Below the pieces are notes generated by a model that was not told the origin of the DNA, searched no databases, and saw only the letters and a list, made by a program, of their open reading frames with translations. 64,000 bases of DNA from Alphaproteobacteria bacterium (GTDB lineage: Bacteria; Pseudomonadota; Alphaproteobacteria; CAAHEQ01; UBA3637): the NCBI GenBank assembly GCA_017539265.1, contig JAFYHG010000027.1:13886-77885 (forward strand). Direction: 5' to 3'. The translations under genes and the position numbers were made by a program. Positions 9,517 to 17,158 of the stretch are shown here, one piece after another. The stretch's first letter is position 1. Every line of letters starts with the position of its first letter.

Positions 9517-10266
9517 ATGATAAAAGGAATTTGCAAATATTGTGGTCAAGAGAAAGAACTTATCAATTCTCATATAATTCCGAAAAATTTATGTCAAATT
9601 GATAAGAATGGCCCAATGGTTGGAATAGACTCTCTAACAAAGACTTTTGACCATAATCCTATACATCAAAACGGAGCAAAAGCTTACCTTCTGTGTAAGG
9701 AGTGTGATAATCTATTAGGTAAGCTAGATAGATATGGTAGTAAAGTGTTTAAGAAGATAATTCCAAATCATAAATGGGACATAGTAGATGGTGTAGAACT
9801 ATGTAAATTATTACCAGATGAAGTAGATTACTGGACATTAAAAAAGTTTTTAATTTCTGTGTTGTGGCGTGCTTCTGTAGATAAGAATGGGCCTGATTTA
9901 GGAAGATATGAAAATATTGCACTAAAAATACTTAAGGAAGAGCTTCCTGATAATTCTAACTATTTTGTTCCTTTCGTATACATACTAGACACTAAGACAC
10001 CCTTAGACTTTTCTATGGGGATTTTTGGCAATAAAACTTTAGGGAAACACATATATATTATTCACTTCCCTCATTATGAGGTAATGATTATACCTTCTGC
10101 TGAACATTCACGAGACCCAAAACTTATGGAACTATACAAGGCTTTATTCAATTGTAACCATATAATAGTTCAGAAATTTTCTATACCAACCCTGATTGAC
10201 CAACAATTGATTAACACATTAAAGATATGTCAAAAGAATGAGTTACAAAAAAAGAAAAAGTTATAA
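9517..10266 (+). CDS. Cys-cluster protein with an HNH-like arrangement (CxxC ... HIIP ... CxxCDN).
   Basis: CKYCGQEKELINSHIIPKNL and LLCKECDNLLGK. The spacing is longer than in a canonical HNH, so this is tentative. Confidence 0.4.
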   Translation: MIKGICKYCGQEKELINSHIIPKNLCQIDKNGPMVGIDSLTKTFDHNPIHQNGAKAYLLCKECDNLLGKLDRYGSKVFKKIIPNHKWDIVDGVELCKLLPDEVDYWTLKKFLISVLWRASVDKNGPDLGRYENIALKILKEELPDNSNYFVPFVYILDTKTPLDFSMGIFGNKTLGKHIYIIHFPHYEVMIIPSAEHSRDPKLMELYKALFNCNHIIVQKFSIPTLIDQQLINTLKICQKNELQKKKKL

Positions 10267-10305
10267 ATTTTCTTTTATTACAGAGAAGACGAATAAGTAG
10301 AACAC

Positions 10306-10887
10306 TTATATCGTCACATTCTCTACAGCATTTGAGAGCATTTTCTCGTTATAATTGAAGTACCTTTGAGTTGTCCCAATATTGCGGTGGTTGGCGAGTT
10401 TTTGAACCAAACAGATATTTGTGCCGGCATTGATAAGGCGACTCACGAACAAATGGCGTCCAAGATGGCTTCCCCCGTCAATATTGAACTTACTGTAAAT
10501 GTTTGAAAACATTCTGCTAATACTAACACGATTGAAAGGTTTTCCTAACTTTTGCGAGGTAAAGAGATACATTTCTGGGGTAATTTCTTCATTTTTGGTC
10601 TTTAGGTAAGAAAGATATTCCTTAAACTCTTTCTTCATTTGAGTATTAAGGTAATAAGAACACCCGAACTTGCCTTTGTTTTTATCCTTATCCAGACAAA
10701 TGACATCCTTGACCTTTAGGTCGGAAGTGTAGACATCCCCGACTTGAAGGTAAGCAAAATTTATAGACCTCATGCCATTGAGCGAGCATAGGAACATCAT
10801 CCTAATTTGTTCCGCATGTCGCATCCCCTGAATATAGGTTAAAATATCTTTGATTTTTTTATCATCTATAAAAACTTGGTTTACCAT
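10306..10887 (-). CDS. Tyrosine recombinase, catalytic domain only (193 aa).
   Basis: R (LNGMRSI), HLGRHLF (H-x-x-R), NHRNIGTTQRY (terminal H/Y) reproduce the integrase catalytic residues. No N-terminal core-binding domain is present. Confidence 0.65.
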   Translation of the reverse strand: MVNQVFIDDKKIKDILTYIQGMRHAEQIRMMFLCSLNGMRSINFAYLQVGDVYTSDLKVKDVICLDKDKNKGKFGCSYYLNTQMKKEFKEYLSYLKTKNEEITPEMYLFTSQKLGKPFNRVSISRMFSNIYSKFNIDGGSHLGRHLFVSRLINAGTNICLVQKLANHRNIGTTQRYFNYNEKMLSNAVENVTI

Positions 10888-10967
10888 TTTTTATCCTTTC
10901 GTAAAAATTGAACAGTTTTATGCGGCCCAGGACTATAGAGCCGATTTTTTTCAAAGCCAAGCCCTAA

Positions 10968-12788
10968 ATGTTAAAAAATGTTATTTTTTTGAATAAAATT
11001 AAACATTTTGAAATACTTGCCTGGAATGACGTTTTCAAAAACATTGATTTTATAAGGCTATTAGGGATAATGTTAAATAATGTATGTTTTTTAACATTTT
11101 TCATTTTTCTGGACTTTTGGATGATTTTATTGTATACTGCGACCAGTTTTTTAAATTTTCATGGATTCAGTATGCGAATAAACCGTCCAAATTATTTTAG
11201 CGAGATTGACGAGCAAGATGTCCTCTTCTATGGAGAGGAAGGACGCTTTCGGAGAATATCCCTAGATTTCTGGAAAGATGTTTACCCAAATATATTGCAA
11301 GCGTACTTATCAACCAAACAACCCGAAAATGATTTTAAGGACACTTTTGTAGACCCGTCATTTTATCCGATAGGTCCAGAACATGCACTACGTTTATGCA
11401 CGAGGGTGTTTACAGATATCTTTCCTTCGTGTTTCGAAACAAATTACTCGGAACTTCCTGATAGACCTGGTAAGTTATATGAAAAGGATATAGAGCCACT
11501 TAAAGACAAAAAAGGGCTTGTTGGGGCTATTGCGAGAACATGGAACAAAATAGGCAAATATGGAGACTATCATTTTTTACAGCTCCTAGAGATTGTTAGC
11601 ACATTTAAAAATGGTATTGTAAAACTTACGGATAAACTGCCAGACCCACTATATGCTGATTTTGTAAAAGAAATACGTGCAGTCTTTTATAAGTACGCAG
11701 ATTTATTGAATAATAAAGAAATCAGAAAAGAAATTGATAAAATCGTTTTCTTAAAGCATCCGAATGCAACTAAAAAGATTAAGTCCCCAAGAGGATATCG
11801 GATAGTTAAGGCAGAATACGCCCGTTGTGAACTTATTTTTGAAAATGTGGATTTTGGTAGGAAAGAACAGGAGCTTTTCTGGAACATACTAACGATTCCA
11901 GAGGGTTTTGTTCCAATGGAAACAGCTTTTTTCCTTAATTGTAGATTTTCTGCAACCTATACATGTCCTACAAAAGTAATTCGTCCCAGGGCTTTGTTCA
12001 GATACTGCATATTTGAAAAAGAATTTGCCCCAGCTCCATATATCCAGCAATCATGGAGATTTATAAACTGTACAATAAAAAACAAATTTAATTTCAGAAA
12101 AACAGTGCTACGCAGAGGGCTTTTCTTTCATGGATGTGTGTTTGAGTCGGAAAGTTCATTCATATTTGATAATTCACGTGGCAACCGTTGGGTTCCGAAA
12201 GATTACCCATATAATAAACTTTATTTTACAGACACAATATTTGGCGGTGATTTCTCCATAATGAATACAAGTTTAAGTCATACTGAATTTGTATTGAAGA
12301 ATGTCGCATTTTTCAAAACATTCCGCTTTGATGAAGTCAGATTAAGTGATAAGTGCACTTTTGAACGTATTAGTTTTGCTTTGGGAAGTACTCCGCAAAT
12401 AATACAATGTAAACAAACTTTTGTTGAAATGCTCCAATTACACGGATATCATGCGGAACTTGATTCACTGGGATTATTAAGTAAAAATTCTAACAAAAAA
12501 AGAGCTCAACGCTTTTATACATCATGGCTTCATCCAATCGAAGCAGCCGAATTTCTTTCCAAAAGCATAAGTTGGTTAGCCAAGAAAAGACAAGCCGACA
12601 GATTAAAGAAAACAAAGACTTCTATACCATTTGTTGGGGAAAAGAAAAATATTTTATACCCCAAGACAGCCTTACAGGCATTCCGTTCACAAGATTGGAA
12701 TAAGTTAAAAGAACTCTGTAAAAAATATGGAGTTGGTGAGAAAGAAAAACCCAAATCTGCCGACATTAGCATATTTGATGTAGATTAA
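10968..12788 (+). CDS. Large hypothetical protein (start uncertain; hydrophobic N-terminus).
   Basis: Long ORF. Its last ~95 nt are duplicated downstream of the abi gene. Confidence 0.45.
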   Translation: MLKNVIFLNKIKHFEILAWNDVFKNIDFIRLLGIMLNNVCFLTFFIFLDFWMILLYTATSFLNFHGFSMRINRPNYFSEIDEQDVLFYGEEGRFRRISLDFWKDVYPNILQAYLSTKQPENDFKDTFVDPSFYPIGPEHALRLCTRVFTDIFPSCFETNYSELPDRPGKLYEKDIEPLKDKKGLVGAIARTWNKIGKYGDYHFLQLLEIVSTFKNGIVKLTDKLPDPLYADFVKEIRAVFYKYADLLNNKEIRKEIDKIVFLKHPNATKKIKSPRGYRIVKAEYARCELIFENVDFGRKEQELFWNILTIPEGFVPMETAFFLNCRFSATYTCPTKVIRPRALFRYCIFEKEFAPAPYIQQSWRFINCTIKNKFNFRKTVLRRGLFFHGCVFESESSFIFDNSRGNRWVPKDYPYNKLYFTDTIFGGDFSIMNTSLSHTEFVLKNVAFFKTFRFDEVRLSDKCTFERISFALGSTPQIIQCKQTFVEMLQLHGYHAELDSLGLLSKNSNKKRAQRFYTSWLHPIEAAEFLSKSISWLAKKRQADRLKKTKTSIPFVGEKKNILYPKTALQAFRSQDWNKLKELCKKYGVGEKEKPKSADISIFDVD

Positions 12789-12790
12789 AC
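12695..12790. repeat. Direct repeat copy 1 (96 bp), including the 3' end of the 10968-12788 gene.
   Basis: 95/96 identical to 13985-14080 by direct reading. Confidence 0.9.
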
Positions 12791-12839
12791 GGTTTATCTT
12801 ATTGAAAATAAATACGATATAAAATTAATTAAAAAAGTG

Positions 12840-12868
12840 TTGACTCATAATTTTTTTTATATTATAAT
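12840..12868 (+). promoter_or_regulatory. Consensus sigma70 promoter TTGACT-17-TATAAT upstream of the abi gene.
   Basis: TTGACT at 12840-12845, 17-nt spacer, TATAAT at 12863-12868. Confidence 0.5.
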
Positions 12869-12914
12869 ATACATAACAAGCCCTTCCCGCTAAAGGCAGA
12901 GATGTACAGCGAAT

Positions 12915-13979
12915 ATGGAAGGGCATTATTTTAAGGTTATAGAAATGCAGAGAGTCAAATTTTTTAAAGAATCAAAAACCCCTGATGAGCTTATAGAACA
13001 ACTTGTTAAACGTGGTATGGTAATTACAAATCGTGATTATGCTAAAGATATTTTATTTAAAATTAATTATTATCGTTTATCAGGATATTGGTTTAAATTT
13101 CAAAATAAATGGTTAAAGCAATTGCCAGTTCCAGAAAACGCAACCAGTGAAGAAATTGATGAACTGAATAATCAATTTATCAGACGGGTATCCTTTGAAA
13201 ATATTGTTGATATATACAGATTTGATAGTAAATTACGTTCTTTATGCATAGATGCACTGGAGAAAATAGAAATTGGAATTAGCTCTGTTCTCTGTAATCA
13301 TATGTGCCAAAAGTATGGCGGATATTGGTTTTTAAATAAACAGCTTGTGCAAAAAGTCACAAAAAAAACTAAAGAAGGAGAAAAAGTTTTATTTAATCAT
13401 GATTTATTAATGGAAGACATTGATAAGTTATTAGCAAAAAATAAACGAACAAAATGTATCAAAAATTTTCGAGTAAAATATACTGATGAATATCCTCCTT
13501 ACTGGATATTAGCTCAATTGGTAACATTTGGAACTTTATCGAAAATTTATTCTTCTTTACCCCCTGTAGATAAAAAAGAAATTGCAAAGATGCTAGGTGT
13601 AAATGATGAACTGTTATCACACAGCCTCACATTACTGTCTTATATTAGAAATATTTGTGCTCATTATGCCCGCTTATGGGATAATGATAATAGTGTTGTC
13701 CCTTTGAATATTAATTTTAATCGCATAGAACCCAACAGTATTTTTAATTATCGCTTTCATACAAATGGAAAGAATAGTGCAACATTCTTCCCAGTATTTT
13801 ATTTAATAACCTTATACTTATATATGCTTTATCCGAAATCTAAATGGTGCTCCATTGTTGAACAAAAAATTAAAGAATATGAGAAATTAACAGATTCATT
13901 GGTTTCTTTTAAGACCATGGGATTTTTAGATACGTGGAGAGAATTACCATTATTCATAAGAATGCTCAAGAATGCGTAA
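12915..13979 (+). CDS. Abi_2 family (AbiD/AbiF-like) abortive infection protein.
   Basis: N-terminus ... TPDELIEQLVKRGMVITNRDYAKDILFKINYYRLSGYWF is a classic Abi_2 start. Later, IRNICAHYARLWDN gives the R-x4-H (HEPN) motif of this family. Confidence 0.8.
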   Translation: MEGHYFKVIEMQRVKFFKESKTPDELIEQLVKRGMVITNRDYAKDILFKINYYRLSGYWFKFQNKWLKQLPVPENATSEEIDELNNQFIRRVSFENIVDIYRFDSKLRSLCIDALEKIEIGISSVLCNHMCQKYGGYWFLNKQLVQKVTKKTKEGEKVLFNHDLLMEDIDKLLAKNKRTKCIKNFRVKYTDEYPPYWILAQLVTFGTLSKIYSSLPPVDKKEIAKMLGVNDELLSHSLTLLSYIRNICAHYARLWDNDNSVVPLNINFNRIEPNSIFNYRFHTNGKNSATFFPVFYLITLYLYMLYPKSKWCSIVEQKIKEYEKLTDSLVSFKTMGFLDTWRELPLFIRMLKNA

Positions 13980-13984
13980 CTTAA

Positions 13985-14080
13985 TTGGAATAACTTAAAA
14001 GAACTCTGTAAAAAATATGGAGTTGGTGAGAAAGAAAAACCCAAATCTGCCGACATTAGCATATTTGATGTAGATTAAAC
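13985..14080. repeat. Direct repeat copy 2 (96 bp).
   Basis: Matches 12695-12790 with one mismatch. Confidence 0.9.
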
Positions 14081-14596
14081 GATTCCCTTATGTAAAATTA
14101 GGTCGAACATAATGTCCCAAGCTGTTTGTCCTTTCTTATTTTTTAAATTGGTTAAGTCTGCTCCATAGTCCAAGAAGGCATAAAGAAGTTTCTTTTTACG
14201 GTGGATGTTTTTATCAAAAAGGACTCTCATTAAAGCTGTATTGCCCCAAATGTCCTGTGTATCTAACTCCGCCCCTGAATCCACAAATAACCAGGGCACT
14301 ATGGCTTCACATTGTCCTTCAACCGCACGCATTAGAGGAGTTTCCCCGTGTTGGTTGGTCTTGTTCACATCTCCGCCCATGTTTATTAAGGCTTCAATTC
14401 TTTCCCCATCTTTAAAATAATTCATAGCGTATAAAAATGGAGTCATGCCAATCGGGGGCATAGGTCTGTTTAAGTCTGCTCCTTTCTTTACATAGTATTG
14501 TATGAGTTTCAAATTCCTTTCTTTAATGGCTTTTAATAGGTCTTCCTGTATATTCATAGTCTCTCCTTTTAAATTATTTATCCCTACTGATTCCAC
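14075..14596 (-). CDS. Ankyrin-repeat protein.
   Basis: ANK consensus stretches (GMTPFLYAMN ... GETPLMRAVEGQ ... GNTALMRVL ... GADLN). Confidence 0.7.
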   Translation of the reverse strand: MESVGINNLKGETMNIQEDLLKAIKERNLKLIQYYVKKGADLNRPMPPIGMTPFLYAMNYFKDGERIEALINMGGDVNKTNQHGETPLMRAVEGQCEAIVPWLFVDSGAELDTQDIWGNTALMRVLFDKNIHRKKKLLYAFLDYGADLTNLKNKKGQTAWDIMFDLILHKGIV

Positions 14597-15028
14597 TTAT
14601 GAATCAAAAATATTTTTAAAGAGTTGAACCAAATTCGTGTGTACCTCTCTTTGTAATAGAGGGACTTGTTTCTCACTTAAATGGAAACCATGTCGCTTCA
14701 TGCTGTCCAAAATGTAGCGAACAGTTTCTGGTTTTACTCTAACCAACATCTTCATCAAATATTCAAATTGGCTCGGTCGGTTCAGGTGTAATCCGTAGTA
14801 TTTGTATTTGAACAATAACTCCAGCATCTTGTCCCAGTTCGTCTCACAAAACTGATACACCCAAGCCAGCGGCTGGTTGTTAAAAGACTTCTGAATATCT
14901 GCCCCTTTGAGTAAAATCTCCACCATTTCCATGTCTGGATGGAATGTGCTAAACTGGCAAAGGGGTGTTTCCTCTTTCTTACAATCGGCTTTCCCCAGTA
15001 TTGTTTCCTTGATTTGTTCACTGTCCAT
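14597..15028 (-). CDS. Hypothetical protein, possibly a degenerate ankyrin (MEMVEILLKGADIQ).
   Basis: Zero-nt gap to the downstream ankyrin gene. Confidence 0.4.
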   Translation of the reverse strand: MDSEQIKETILGKADCKKEETPLCQFSTFHPDMEMVEILLKGADIQKSFNNQPLAWVYQFCETNWDKMLELLFKYKYYGLHLNRPSQFEYLMKMLVRVKPETVRYILDSMKRHGFHLSEKQVPLLQREVHTNLVQLFKNIFDS

Positions 15029-15029
15029 C

Positions 15030-15401
15030 TTAATACTCCATGTTCCAGAACAAAACTTTTCCTTGATAGTAAAATTTCCATTTTCCCCTCGGACAATCCG
15101 TAAAAGGAATATGCTGGTAGTAAATTAATCTTACCCTTTTCCTAAATGCTATTCTGGCTTTGTTGCCCTCTTTGACAGTTAGCGTAATTCCTATCAAGTC
15201 ATTGTTTAATTCTGGCTTCGTTTTGATAACACTCTCCACAAGGTCTAATAACCAATATGCCCCAGCTTTCTCACAAAATATTTTTACCCCGTCCGTGTAC
15301 TCGTATGATATGTGCTGGTTGGTGTAATAATTTTCAGTCCCCGTACAGAAATACAAAGCCTGTCTTACTTGTAATGCTCTTTCATCAACTTGGTTATCCA
15401 T
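15030..15401 (-). CDS. Hypothetical protein (123 aa).
   Basis: First gene of a tight minus-strand three-gene operon. Confidence 0.4.
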   Translation of the reverse strand: MDNQVDERALQVRQALYFCTGTENYYTNQHISYEYTDGVKIFCEKAGAYWLLDLVESVIKTKPELNNDLIGITLTVKEGNKARIAFRKRVRLIYYQHIPFTDCPRGKWKFYYQGKVLFWNMEY

Positions 15402-15653
15402 AATGTCTCCTTTCTGTTATTACAAAAAGGATTGTAACATAAAGGAACGTTTGCGTTCCCGAGGCATATGTTGTAAAGAAATTGCTCGGTTCAAATACCC
15501 GATAGCCCTTATGTATACAGCAATTTCCTTAAAAAACAAGTGCATTTTAAAAAAGTGTAAAAAAATGTAAAAAAAGGCTTGATTTTATCGTTCCTTATTT
15601 TGCATAAAGCAAACTGCCGATAAATACCCACAGATATTATAAAAGGAGCCAAA

Positions 15654-16244
15654 ATGATTTATGGGTATTGCAGATGTTCAACTGATAAGCAGACGGTATC
15701 ACATCAACACTATGAAGTTCAAAAGTTCGCAGCCACCAATGGTGTTCAAGTTGATGAATGGATTGAGGAAACCATAAGTTCAAGAAAACCACTTGCCAAA
15801 AGAAAGTTGGGTGAGTTATTAAATAATATGAAAGAAGGAGATGTTCTGATAACCCCCGAAATCTCCCGTATTGGTAGAAGCCTATTAGAAATAATGTCTA
15901 TTTTACAGACTTGTTTAGAAAAGAACTGCCAGATATGGACAATTAAAGAGAACTACCGCTTGGGTGCTGATATCCAAAGCAAGGTGCTAGCGTTTGCGTT
16001 TGGCTTAGCAGCCGAAATCGAGCGTAATCTTATTTCTCAACGCACAAAGGCAAGTTTGGAATCATTGAAAAAGAATGGTAAAAAACTCGGTCGTCCGTTT
16101 GGGGCTAAAAATAAGTCCCTGAAACTGTCCAAAAATCGCACCAGAATCAACAGTCTTCTTGCTAAAGGCTTGCCCAAGGCTCAAATTGCCCGCATTTTCG
16201 GTGTGGATAAGATGACTATGTATAGGTTCTTAAAGGGAGAATGA
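15654..16244 (+). CDS. Serine recombinase (resolvase/invertase family).
   Basis: GYCRCSTDKQ catalytic N-terminus with the serine nucleophile. C-terminal HTH (KAQIARIFGVDKMTMYRFL). Confidence 0.8.
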   Translation: MIYGYCRCSTDKQTVSHQHYEVQKFAATNGVQVDEWIEETISSRKPLAKRKLGELLNNMKEGDVLITPEISRIGRSLLEIMSILQTCLEKNCQIWTIKENYRLGADIQSKVLAFAFGLAAEIERNLISQRTKASLESLKKNGKKLGRPFGAKNKSLKLSKNRTRINSLLAKGLPKAQIARIFGVDKMTMYRFLKGE

Positions 16245-16308
16245 GTGTTTGATTCCATTATTAAATCGTTTCCGAATAAATAAAAATGTTAGGAAATAAG
16301 GAGTCTTA

Positions 16309-16743
16309 ATGATTGTCGATTTAGATAAAATCTCTGAAAATATGAACCATATTAAGGATAAATTAGGGGAAGCCAAGCAGATTGTGCCACCACAGAAAAA
16401 GCCCATCAAATCTGTGGATGAGGAGGTAGATGACGAACTGGAGAAGCCATATTATAAGTATCAGGAAGAGGACACAAGATTCATAACAAAATGCTATAAG
16501 TATCTAAGGAAACTTGGTCTTGTGGAATCCCAATACCAGTTCTCAGAACAGTTCCTAAACAAGAACAAATACTATTTTGGCATGATACTATGTGAACAAA
16601 GGCATCCATCTATTGATTCAATCCACAACCTGATACGAAATATCTCAGACCTGAATGACGGGCTTGTCAACAGGATGTATTTAGAAAGGCTTTATGAAGA
16701 GGGACAAGCCATGATTACCAACCGTCTTTTGAAGTATTTTTGA
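16309..16743 (+). CDS. Hypothetical protein (144 aa).
   Basis: ORF with an AGGAGTC RBS-like sequence upstream. Confidence 0.4.
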   Translation: MIVDLDKISENMNHIKDKLGEAKQIVPPQKKPIKSVDEEVDDELEKPYYKYQEEDTRFITKCYKYLRKLGLVESQYQFSEQFLNKNKYYFGMILCEQRHPSIDSIHNLIRNISDLNDGLVNRMYLERLYEEGQAMITNRLLKYF

Positions 16744-16772
16744 CATCTGCTTTTTCAACATTTTTGCCTAAG

Positions 16773-16880
16773 TGGTACACAAGGGTGATACACACTTTTG
16801 ACAATGTGGACAAGTAACCTTTTGATATACATGAAAAAAGTGATATTCATCACCTATGTACAGGGGTGATACACCATTTG
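16773..16880. repeat. Cluster of GTGATACAC-type motifs at the island/core boundary.
   Basis: GGTGATACAC occurs at 16784-16793 and 16865-16874. GTGGTACACA at 16773. Imperfect palindrome GTGATATTCATCAC at 16840. Confidence 0.3.
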
Positions 16881-17111
16881 AAAATACCCCAAAAAAGCCC
16901 AAAAAAAATCTCAACTTTTTGAAATGCTTATTTTTTTGCCCAGGCTGCCCCCCTTCACTCCCGCCACTATTAAAATAGAGCCTTGTTTATCAAGGCTTTT
17001 TTATTGCCTAAAATACGGGATTTTAGGTGTTACACCAAGACATCAAAAACATCTCATTTATGAGCAGATCAACCTGAAAAACTTTTCTTTTGGTAAAAAT
17101 ACTTGTTCTTC

Positions 17112-17145
17112 AGCAAAACTCCCCGCCATGGCAGGGAGTTTTTAA
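17112..17145. terminator. Bidirectional rho-independent terminator hairpin (CTCCCCGCCATGGCAGGGAG flanked by A- and T-runs).
   Basis: Nearly perfect 8-bp stem with the GCCATGGC palindrome. T-run on the plus side, A-run on the other. Confidence 0.55.
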
Positions 17146-17158
17146 GGTTTTAGAAGAT

